Positions 1 through 8,028 of a stretch of DNA of 64,000 nt are shown in pieces. The DNA comes from an uncultured Lachnospiraceae bacterium. GTDB taxonomy: Bacteria > Bacillota > Clostridia > Lachnospirales > Lachnospiraceae. The notes under the pieces are model-generated. The model was not told where the DNA came from. It saw only the letters and a list, made by a program, of their open reading frames with translations, and searched no databases. Within the stretch, counting starts at the first letter, position 1. Each line of letters starts with the position of its first letter. A program made the translations under genes and the position numbers. The stretch lies in assembly GCA_902781895.1 (NCBI GenBank), contig CACZLA010000006.1, positions 835 to 64,834 of the forward strand. Direction: 5' to 3'.

Positions 1-1037
1 ATATCATCAGAGACTTGAATATAAATCTTTTCTCCTTCTTTAATTGCTACAAAATCAACTTCTTTATCGTATAATTTGCCTACATAGACTTCATATCCAC
101 GTCTTAATAATTCAAGAGCTATAATGTTTTCATACAAGTGTCCATAATCAGCATTTTTCGTACCGATTTCTGAAAATCTGAACGAAAGATCTGACAAATA
201 ATACTTCTTATCAGACTCCAAATACCTTTTTCCTCTTATATCATACCGTTTTATTGGATAAAATAGAAACGAACGACAAAAGTAATTTATGTATGCACCA
301 ACCGTTTTGTCATTAGTTTTATAAGTACCCGACGTAAGTTTTGCAGCAACATTTCTTATAGATGTCTGACTACCAAGATTATCCATAAGGAAATTACCTA
401 TCATCACTAATAAATCTTCATTTTCCACTTTAAATTTTGAAATAATATCTTTAGTAATAGTAGAACGGTATATACCATTTACATACTTCTTAGCATCTTC
501 TTCTGACCTATATAAATATGAACCTGACATGCCCCCTCTTTTTACATAATCATCGAAAGCACTATCTATATCACTCGAAGGATAATAATCTAAATATTCA
601 TTAAATGAAAACGGATATAAACTCAACTCATAAACTCTTCCACCAAATAATGTTGCCAAATCACTAGAAAGAAGAAACGCATTTGAACCTGTTAAATATA
701 TGTCATATAGTTCTTCCTCATAAATGCTATTAATAACACGTTCAAAGCCTTCGCATAATTGTACTTCATCTATAAATAGATAATTATTTTTTTCAGGAAC
801 ATATTGTTGTTCAATATAATCGTATAAATTATTTGAATTAAGTAATCTCTCAAACTTTTTTAAATTAAGTTTAATTCTTACTATATTCACTGAATCGTCC
901 TTAGAAATAATGTCTATATATGAATCCATCAGTTTTGACTTTCCACTTCTTCTTATACCTGTAATCACCTTAATATCCGGTATATTCTTAACAGCCAAAA
1001 GTCTTTCAATATATTGTTTTCTATATATTAATTTCAT
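1..1037 (-). CDS. AAA+ ATPase of the DUF4143 (AAA_14/DUF4143) type; 3' end runs off the window
   Basis: Absent from the ORF track because no stop lies inside the window. My translation from ATG (CAT at 1035-1037) gives MKLIYRKQYIERLLAVKNIPDIKVITGIRRSGKSKL (P-loop), ...NYLFIDEVQ (Walker B-like), ...KKYYLSDLSFRF...YENIIALELLRRGYEVYVGK (DUF4143-like C-terminal part). RBS GGGTGGTGA lies just upstream. The region is markedly AT-rich. Confidence 0.75.
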   Translation of the reverse strand, partial: MKLIYRKQYIERLLAVKNIPDIKVITGIRRSGKSKLMDSYIDIISKDDSVNIVRIKLNLKKFERLLNSNNLYDYIEQQYVPEKNNYLFIDEVQLCEGFERVINSIYEEELYDIYLTGSNAFLLSSDLATLFGGRVYELSLYPFSFNEYLDYYPSSDIDSAFDDYVKRGGMSGSYLYRSEEDAKKYVNGIYRSTITKDIISKFKVENEDLLVMIGNFLMDNLGSQTSIRNVAAKLTSGTYKTNDKTVGAYINYFCRSFLFYPIKRYDIRGKRYLESDKKYYLSDLSFRFSEIGTKNADYGHLYENIIALELLRRGYEVYVGKLYDKEVDFVAIKEGEKIYIQVSDD

Positions 1038-1063
1038 ATTCAATCACCACCCTAGATGATTAT

Positions 1064-1110
1064 AACTCATTTCGCAAATATTATCAATTTTTACATTTGC
1101 GAAATGAGTT
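1064..1110. promoter_or_regulatory. Perfect 16-bp inverted repeat (AACTCATTTCGCAAAT / ATTTGCGAAATGAGTT) with a 15-nt spacer, in the leader of the ATPase gene
   Basis: Read directly from the sequence. It lies 27 nt upstream of the ATPase start and downstream of the XRE gene. It could be an operator or a terminator-like hairpin (T-rich on the plus side only). Confidence 0.5.
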
Positions 1111-1377
1111 GTATTTGATTTTTGAATCTATACCTCCCCTAGTCGTAGATCTGGTTTCATTACCTCCTGTATTATTTTGCTATGATAATCAGGCCTGCAT
1201 ATATAACAATATTTGAAGAAAAATATCCCTTAAAAATCAGAAAAGACGCTTTTTTGAAAAAGGACAAAGTTTTGAAGAGCTATCTTCTTCTGCCTCTTGA
1301 TAGTTTCATATCTTATACGATATTCATCCATAAATCATGCTCCCCAGACAGAGCGAGGTGCCATAGTAAAATGATTA

Positions 1378-1602
1378 TTAATTTGATTCCTTATCACCAA
1401 CTGAAAACTTTGAATCTCCCTTTATAACATGCTCCATTTCAGCTCTATATAGAATCAACCGTAAAACATATTCCGGAAGCTCTCTTTTTCCTGCTTCCCA
1501 ATCCTGAACCGTCCTATATGGAATACCTAAATAATCACAAAACTCTCTCCGGTTCATCCCCATTTTTTCTCTTAATTCGTTTATCTTGCTTCCTCTACTC
1601 AT
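1378..1602 (-). CDS. Small XRE-family helix-turn-helix transcriptional regulator
   Basis: The ORF-track protein contains INELREKMGMNRREFCDYLGIPYRTVQDWEAGKRELP, a typical HTH_3 pattern. The track start at 1614 is a TTG. ATG at 1602 (MSRGSK...) has a GGAG RBS 8 nt upstream, so I prefer it. Confidence 0.8.
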   Translation of the reverse strand: MSRGSKINELREKMGMNRREFCDYLGIPYRTVQDWEAGKRELPEYVLRLILYRAEMEHVIKGDSKFSVGDKESN

Positions 1603-1668
1603 TATTATCTCCAATCAACAGCATGACGCGTTGTGTTATGTTGTTGATATCAATTTTTAAACATCAAG

Positions 1669-2163
1669 TCAACCAAGCATTTCATAGCATTTTTGCACAG
1701 TATCTTCTATGGTCATTCCCTCTTCGGAAATAGTAATGTCAGCATATTTTTTGTAAAGCTCTATTCTCTCATCATACAGGTCTCGTTTGTTCTGTCCGGG
1801 ACGCAGTACAACTCCCCGCTGTTTTGTATGATGAAGGCGCTGTTCCAAAGTATCGTAATCTATTTCAAGATATATCACCTGTCCTATTTCTTTCAGGTGT
1901 TGCATACCCTTTTCTCCGTAAACCACACTGCCACCTGTTGCTATTACAGAATCTGTCAGCTCTATGTCGCAACATACCTCTTCCTCTATCTTAAGGAAAC
2001 CATCCAGGCCATCCTGCTCTATTATCTCAGGCAGGCGTCTGCCGGCTTTCTTTTGTATTATCAGATCTGTATCAACGAAGTCCATTCCCAGGAGCTTGGC
2101 AAGTATTACGCCTACGGTACTTTTTCCTGATGTTGGCATCCCGATTAGAATAATGTTATTCAT
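1669..2163 (-). CDS. aroK: Shikimate kinase
   Basis: 164 aa. N-terminal P-loop IILIGMPTSGKSTVG followed by the DTD motif. Length and layout are typical of AroK, and there is a GGAAGGA RBS. Confidence 0.9.
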   Translation of the reverse strand: MNNIILIGMPTSGKSTVGVILAKLLGMDFVDTDLIIQKKAGRRLPEIIEQDGLDGFLKIEEEVCCDIELTDSVIATGGSVVYGEKGMQHLKEIGQVIYLEIDYDTLEQRLHHTKQRGVVLRPGQNKRDLYDERIELYKKYADITISEEGMTIEDTVQKCYEMLG

Positions 2164-2195
2164 GTTTATATCCTTCCTTCTTCATATTCTTCATT

Positions 2196-2230
2196 CATAA
2201 AAACCGCCTATCTTTTTTAAGATAAGCGGT
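2196..2230 (-). terminator. Rho-independent terminator after the VanY-like gene
   Basis: The minus strand reads ACCGCTTATCTT-AAAA-AAGATAGGCGGT followed by TTTTTAT. The stem is 12 bp with one mismatch. Confidence 0.7.
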
Positions 2231-2237
2231 CTAAATT

Positions 2238-3296
2238 CTATTGCAAATATTCTTCCAGGCAAATTCCCCAATTATATATTTCCGCAGCTGCTGTCTTTCC
2301 AACATAACGATAGTGCCACGGTTCGTAGCTTATCCCTGTAATGTCGGATTTATTTTCCGGATATCGTTTGATAAATCCGTATTTATATGCGTTCCTGTCT
2401 AACCACGCATATACGGCATCTGAATCCGCTGAGTTTACAGCATTTATATCTACGCATATTCCCAGTTCGTGTTCACTTGTTCCGGGAACTGCAACATACT
2501 GTTTTGCCAGCTGCACTGCTTTGGAATACGAGTATCCCTGGGACTGATAATTCGCTATACGGCTGTCCATTATAGCCTGCTGATCAGCTCTGGTACGGTA
2601 ACCCTCTCTTACATACATATTTAAACCGCTGGCTCTCGCAGCATCAAACATATTCTGAAGCGGCCAGTATATTCTTGAATCAATCTGTTTTCCGTTTGAC
2701 AGGGTTGTGAGACTTACACTGTAGCCCGCCGGAACAGGGTTATATCTGTTCACAAGTATAAGTGCCCAGCTTTCGCTGTCCAGATAGCCGGAGGCATCAA
2801 ACCAGTAGATCACACCGTCTATCCAAAGATACTGATCTGCAGGATACCATCCCGAAGCATCCGTATACCACCAGCCATTACCGTTCTCACACCAATGACC
2901 GCCGTAGCTTTTCTCGTCCCATGCTCCGTCTGAACCAAGCCAGTATCCATCCCGGTATTCACTGTAATCCATGTAGCCTGTTGATGTAAAATAGTAATAT
3001 TTCCCATCTATCTTCTGCCACTCGGACTCAGCATACCATCCGGAATTATCCTCGTACCACCAGCCATCAGCATCACATTTCCATTCTCCGTCAAAGCAGT
3101 ATGTGCGGGATCCGTCATAGTCGTACCATTTTCCACCGGCCCATTCGTTGCTGTATTTTACTTCCGGCTCTTTCTCAGAAGTTTTTTCATCTGCATATAC
3201 CTGAGGTTTTTCATCTGCATATACCTGACTGAAACTACCACTAAATGAAATCAGGAAAACCAACAAAGTAAAAATACAGATTTTTTTACTTCCCAT
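2238..3296 (-). CDS. Secreted D-alanyl-D-alanine carboxypeptidase (VanY / peptidase M15B) with N-terminal choline-type cell-wall-binding repeats
   Basis: The C-terminus has LVNRYNP, SEHELGICVD and EPWHYRYVG, the VanY zinc-site motifs. The middle has GWYY/YYF-type CW_binding_1 repeats. The signal peptide is MGSKKICIFTLLVFLISFSG. I moved the start to ATG 3296, which has a GGAGGGG RBS. The coding direct repeat ADEKPQVY x2 lies at about 3185-3232. Confidence 0.85.
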   Translation of the reverse strand: MGSKKICIFTLLVFLISFSGSFSQVYADEKPQVYADEKTSEKEPEVKYSNEWAGGKWYDYDGSRTYCFDGEWKCDADGWWYEDNSGWYAESEWQKIDGKYYYFTSTGYMDYSEYRDGYWLGSDGAWDEKSYGGHWCENGNGWWYTDASGWYPADQYLWIDGVIYWFDASGYLDSESWALILVNRYNPVPAGYSVSLTTLSNGKQIDSRIYWPLQNMFDAARASGLNMYVREGYRTRADQQAIMDSRIANYQSQGYSYSKAVQLAKQYVAVPGTSEHELGICVDINAVNSADSDAVYAWLDRNAYKYGFIKRYPENKSDITGISYEPWHYRYVGKTAAAEIYNWGICLEEYLQ

Positions 3297-3363
3297 CTGC
3301 AAACCCCTCCGCACATTATTTAAATAATATGACATAAATGTCATATTACATCGACAGAACTGA

Positions 3364-4335
3364 TTATGATAATGCTATATCATTTGCTGAAGGATATCCA
3401 TATGCACTCTCGGCACTTGTTACCGCTCTGATTATAGCTTCGCTCATCACATCAGCCGCCAGTGTTCCAACCAGGTCCTGATCCACCTTCAGGTCTCCCA
3501 CGGATACTGCGAAGATGCTGTCTCCGTCCGCAGAAGTATGAACCGGTCTTATGGATCTTGCATATCCGTCGTGTGTCATACCCGCTATCTTGCAAAGCTG
3601 TGTTTTATTAAACTCAGCGTTTGTTATCACAACCCCAAGTGTAGTGTTACCTGTGAATTTATTTTCTACAACCTCTAAACTCTTTTTCATAACTTCGACA
3701 GTATCCGCGAAGCTTTTTTTATCCTCTGCCAGAAGTCCTGCTATCTTTCTGCCGTTCTTATAGTCATATATATCACCCAGTGCATTAACCGCAACTACTG
3801 CGCCGATCTTGAAATCATCAATCTGGATCGCATAGCTTCCGATACCGGACTTCATGCAGTACTCCATATTACATATCTTTCCTACTGTACATCCGCATCC
3901 TGCACCGTAATTTCCATCTCTGTAATTCTGCTCTTTATCAGCACACACCGCAGCTCTGTATCCCATATCCGGATCAGGTCTTATATACGGGTCTCCCACC
4001 GTCAGGTCAAAAAGATCCGCCTGAACTACCAGCGGAACCTTTGTTATTCCCACATCAAAGCCTACGCCCTTTTCCTCCAGGTATTTCATAACACCGTTTG
4101 CAGCACCGAGTCCGAATGCGCTACCACCTGATATGACTATACCATGTATCTCCTGGGCAGCCATAAGCGGATTCATCAGCTGACTGTCTCTGGAAGCAGG
4201 GCCTCCGCCTCTCACATCCAGTCCGGCACGCATACCTGTATCTCTAAGGAATACGGTGCAGCCTGTGGCTGCCTCTGTATCCTCTACCTGGCCGATCTTT
4301 ATATTCTCTATATCCTTTATCGAAATTTCTTTCAT
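3364..4335 (-). CDS. P1/S58 family peptidase (DmpA-like L-aminopeptidase / D-Ala esterase-amidase family)
   Basis: 323 aa with DVRGGGPASRDS, then SGGSAFGL, and the TLGVVITNA self-processing region typical of the DmpA/BapA Ntn-hydrolase family. Confidence 0.75.
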   Translation of the reverse strand: MKEISIKDIENIKIGQVEDTEAATGCTVFLRDTGMRAGLDVRGGGPASRDSQLMNPLMAAQEIHGIVISGGSAFGLGAANGVMKYLEEKGVGFDVGITKVPLVVQADLFDLTVGDPYIRPDPDMGYRAAVCADKEQNYRDGNYGAGCGCTVGKICNMEYCMKSGIGSYAIQIDDFKIGAVVAVNALGDIYDYKNGRKIAGLLAEDKKSFADTVEVMKKSLEVVENKFTGNTTLGVVITNAEFNKTQLCKIAGMTHDGYARSIRPVHTSADGDSIFAVSVGDLKVDQDLVGTLAADVMSEAIIRAVTSAESAYGYPSANDIALS

Positions 4336-4370
4336 GAATTTCCCCTATCCTATTAGATTCTTCGCCACCT

Positions 4371-6305
4371 TTATCTTAGATTGTTTATATCCACCTTCTT
4401 CTGTCTGGAGATAAGTGCGACAAAATCATTTTTCGGTATTGGCTTTGAGAAGAAGAAGCCCTGCAGATAATTAACTCCAAGCTTCTCAAGAAGCTTTATC
4501 TGGTCTGACGTTTCAACTCCTTCTACAAGTATTTTCTTTTCCATCTGCTTTATCATTCTTATGGTATTTTCGAGGATGATCATTCCCGACTCGCTCTTTT
4601 CAGCACCCCAGAGAAGACTCTTATCTATCTTGATAACATCAAGATTCAGAGAGAATATGGCACTTACATTTGAATAGCCTGTTCCGTAATCATCCATAGA
4701 GAAAAGGAAACCCTCTTTCTTCAGCTGCATTATGATATTACTGAGAAGATCATAGTCTGTTGCAGCTATGGATTCCGTTATCTCAAAATTGATAAAACTT
4801 TTATCTATATCATATCTATCAACGATTTTTATTATATGATCCACAAATTTCGGACGCATACACTGAAGCACCGAAAGGTTTACATTTATATTGTCTATGC
4901 CATGCCGCTGAGGAACTCCCGACTCGATAAACTTACAAACCTCTTCGAGTACGAAATCATCTATGTCATCAATAATCCCGTTCTGCTCTGCCACGGGGAT
5001 AAATTCATCCGGGTACAGATTTCCCAGCTCCTTATCATGCATTCTTATCAGAGCCTCTGCTCCATGCAGTCTTTTATCGATGTGATAGGTTGGCTGATAA
5101 TATACCTCATAGCTTCCCTCTGCAAAGCCTCGTGATAAAGCCTCCTCTATGGCCTGACGCTTCATGATATAGTCCAGATCATCGCCTCTCATTATCTTCT
5201 TGTTGTTTGATGGTAAAGGCTTATCGATCATGTATAATATCTCGGATACGTTGGTGATCCTATCCGGAATACTTGCAACCAGGATCACAGTATCAAGATA
5301 TATGCTCAGATTCTTATAATCCCAGTGCTTATCCATCCTTTTGTATATATCCTTAACTATCTCATTTAAACGCTCCTCCGGCGTATGGTAAAAAGCCATC
5401 ACAATGGCATCGTTGCTTGGCACATAGGTGTTGTACCTTTTTGCTATAGGCTTCAGATAATCAGCAAGAATATCAGAAAGTATATTTGCCTCATCTCCTC
5501 CGGTTATTCTGGAGATGATCTCATGATTCATCACTCTCAAAACGATAATGTCCACATTCCTGTTATGTGTTATACATGCATTCATGTCAAGTGTCAGTGC
5601 AGTCCTGTTATAATATCCTGCTGATCCGAAGATACGGTCATCCTCATTTTCAACCAGCATCATAACACCTGTAAAACCAAGAGCCTCAGATAAAACTTCC
5701 ATCTTGATATCTTTATTTATCATCTGGATAGCAACTCCCGCTCCTACAAATATAAAGAAGAATATTATAGCCAGACGTCGTCTGGATGACATGACGTTCC
5801 ACGAGGAAACAAGCACCACCAATGCAGCAATATAATAAAACAGAGCTGCCAGATAAATAACTGCCTCTCCTATACCTCTGTGAAATACCAGGTTCTCATC
5901 CATGGTCCACACCAGATCGGTAAATCCATTTGTTAATACCAGTAATTCCGTTACGATAAATGGAATATAAAGCACTAAGTTTTTCAGACTGCCAAATCTT
6001 GTGGAAACAAAACTGACACTGGAAATATAATTAAAGAACATCGGGCAGAGCGCCGAGTGCGAAATAAAATAGACATACTTATCAGCCCTGAGGATAAAAT
6101 CAGCCCCTTCTGCTCCCGGGTGCATTCCATAATAAGAAGAAAGAATACCTGATATGGAGTTGCTGATAAGTATAAAGAGTATCACAATAAAGGCCTTATT
6201 CTGAGCCTTATCAAGTCTTCCCTGAATTATCGTATATATTAAGTTTACGCAGCATATCAGCAGCGCCGATATGGCCAATCCGAAATTAAATGAATAATCA
6301 GCCAC
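4371..6305 (-). CDS. Membrane-anchored c-di-GMP phosphodiesterase: multi-TM sensor, degenerate GGDEF-like domain, EAL domain
   Basis: EAL-domain motifs YYQP...AEALIR, FEITES, DDYGTGYS, IKIDKS and EGVET..Q. The N-terminal ~220 aa is hydrophobic. The central domain lacks GGDEF. The start is GTG at 6303-6305 with an AAGGAG RBS. Confidence 0.85.
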   Translation of the reverse strand: MADYSFNFGLAISALLICCVNLIYTIIQGRLDKAQNKAFIVILFILISNSISGILSSYYGMHPGAEGADFILRADKYVYFISHSALCPMFFNYISSVSFVSTRFGSLKNLVLYIPFIVTELLVLTNGFTDLVWTMDENLVFHRGIGEAVIYLAALFYYIAALVVLVSSWNVMSSRRRLAIIFFFIFVGAGVAIQMINKDIKMEVLSEALGFTGVMMLVENEDDRIFGSAGYYNRTALTLDMNACITHNRNVDIIVLRVMNHEIISRITGGDEANILSDILADYLKPIAKRYNTYVPSNDAIVMAFYHTPEERLNEIVKDIYKRMDKHWDYKNLSIYLDTVILVASIPDRITNVSEILYMIDKPLPSNNKKIMRGDDLDYIMKRQAIEEALSRGFAEGSYEVYYQPTYHIDKRLHGAEALIRMHDKELGNLYPDEFIPVAEQNGIIDDIDDFVLEEVCKFIESGVPQRHGIDNINVNLSVLQCMRPKFVDHIIKIVDRYDIDKSFINFEITESIAATDYDLLSNIIMQLKKEGFLFSMDDYGTGYSNVSAIFSLNLDVIKIDKSLLWGAEKSESGMIILENTIRMIKQMEKKILVEGVETSDQIKLLEKLGVNYLQGFFFSKPIPKNDFVALISRQKKVDINNLR

Positions 6306-6330
6306 ACTTTACTCCTTGTTACTTAATACC

Positions 6331-8025
6331 TTATATCTCATCCTCCCAGCCATCAAGGAATTCCTTAAGCTTGGTTCTTTCCTTCTCGATGATCCTTTTA
6401 TCCTGAGACTTTAAAGCCAGCTCGAACTTTCGTATCTCATTTTCGAGCACATCCCTGTCAACACCCAGTGCCTCTTCATAAAGGCGTTCTGCTCTGAGAA
6501 GGATCAGCTTGTTTTCCTCCTGCTCTCTGGGCGGTATCTTCAGGTAAGCAAGTTCTTTGAACCTTGCCTCAATCTCTTCATCAGTCATCTCGGTATACTG
6601 ACCTTTGATGATCTGACGGTATTTTTTATCAGTCGAAATAACTCTGACCTCAACCTCGAGGATCGAGTTTATATCATAAGTATATGTTATATCGACAGAC
6701 TGCTCGCCCGCCTTTCCCTTTGGAACCTCAACCTCAAATGAGCCCAGCTCCAGATTGTTTTTAGCCATTCTGCTTTCACCCTGCAGAACACTGACGGTTA
6801 TTTTGCTCTGGTTATCATGGATAGTGTAGAATCTCTCCGTACGGCTTGCGGGAATGATTGTATTTCTCTCAATGATAGGACAGTAATGTCCGCTCTCCTT
6901 CACGCCCTCACCCAGATCAACTGTAACCTCAGTTCCCAGAGTAAATGGACAAACATCCGTAAGTACAACCTCTTTTATGGATTCCTTACGTTCCTTCATG
7001 GCCCCCTGAATAGCCGCACCAAGTGCTATGGCCTCATCAGGATTTATGCTGGTATCGGGAAATGTATGGAACAGCTTGCTTACAAAGCTCCTGACACCTG
7101 TCAGCTTTGTTCCGCCACCTACCAGAACTATCTTATCTATATCGGTCAGCTTCAGCTTTGCATCCGTAAGAGCACGTTTTACCGGCACTCTTATCTTCTC
7201 GTAAAGAGGTTCACATTCCTTATCATAATCCTGATAAGTAACCTCCATCTCCTTTACTTCCTCACCGATCTTAGCCTTCATTACAGCTGAACCGCTGTCG
7301 CTCAGTTCAAGCTTGCACTGCTCCGCTGCCTTATGGATAAATGCCAGCTCCCTCAGCTCCAGACTGTTTACATCGATATCGCTGAACTTCTTAAAGAACA
7401 TATCCTCAAGAACGCCTGTGAAATCCTCGCCACCGAGATAGTTATCTCCGGCAACTGCACGCACCTCGAGAATAGGAGGGAAATAGTCCAGTATGGATAC
7501 ATCCAGTGTTCCGCCGCCAAGGTCAAAAACAAGATTCTTTGCAGGCTTGTCGTCATTATATAAGCCGTAAGCAATAGCTGCCGCAGTGGGCTCACTTATG
7601 ATTCTCTCAACCTTGAGTCCTGCCAGCTCTCCGGCTCTTTTGGTTGCCTTTCTTCTCATATCATTGAAGTAAGCAGGCACCGAAATAACAGCCTCTTCAA
7701 CAGGTTCACCGAGAAATACCTCTGCATCCTCCTTGAGACTTCTCAGCACTATTGAAGAAAGCTCTTCTGCTGTAAAATCCTTATTTCCGAGACGATATTT
7801 TTTATCGCTTCCCATATCACGTTTGAAAACTGCCGCACTGCTTCCGGGGTAAAGCCTCATTCTTTCACGGGCAGTTTTTCCTACGTATACATTTTCATCC
7901 TCATCAATACTTACAACGGAAGGCGTAAGCCTTTCGCCAAGTCTGTTAGGTATGATCTTAGGACCTTCATCTGTATAATAAGCTACGAGGCTGTTCGTAG
8001 TCCCCAAATCAATTCCTACTATCAT
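6331..8025 (-). CDS. Hsp70-family chaperone, short HscC-like type
   Basis: MIVGIDLGTTNS, the DLGGGTLDVS phosphate-2 motif and VLVGGGTKL. 564 aa, shorter than DnaK. The GGAGG RBS is embedded in the end of the upstream gene, with a 3-nt gap. Confidence 0.9.
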   Translation of the reverse strand: MIVGIDLGTTNSLVAYYTDEGPKIIPNRLGERLTPSVVSIDEDENVYVGKTARERMRLYPGSSAAVFKRDMGSDKKYRLGNKDFTAEELSSIVLRSLKEDAEVFLGEPVEEAVISVPAYFNDMRRKATKRAGELAGLKVERIISEPTAAAIAYGLYNDDKPAKNLVFDLGGGTLDVSILDYFPPILEVRAVAGDNYLGGEDFTGVLEDMFFKKFSDIDVNSLELRELAFIHKAAEQCKLELSDSGSAVMKAKIGEEVKEMEVTYQDYDKECEPLYEKIRVPVKRALTDAKLKLTDIDKIVLVGGGTKLTGVRSFVSKLFHTFPDTSINPDEAIALGAAIQGAMKERKESIKEVVLTDVCPFTLGTEVTVDLGEGVKESGHYCPIIERNTIIPASRTERFYTIHDNQSKITVSVLQGESRMAKNNLELGSFEVEVPKGKAGEQSVDITYTYDINSILEVEVRVISTDKKYRQIIKGQYTEMTDEEIEARFKELAYLKIPPREQEENKLILLRAERLYEEALGVDRDVLENEIRKFELALKSQDKRIIEKERTKLKEFLDGWEDEI

Positions 8026-8028
8026 TTA

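Noticed and set aside
1182-1427. 81-aa plus-strand ORF in the gap between the ATPase and XRE genes
   Set aside because: It has no RBS, overlaps the XRE gene 3' end on the opposite strand, and has low-complexity composition.
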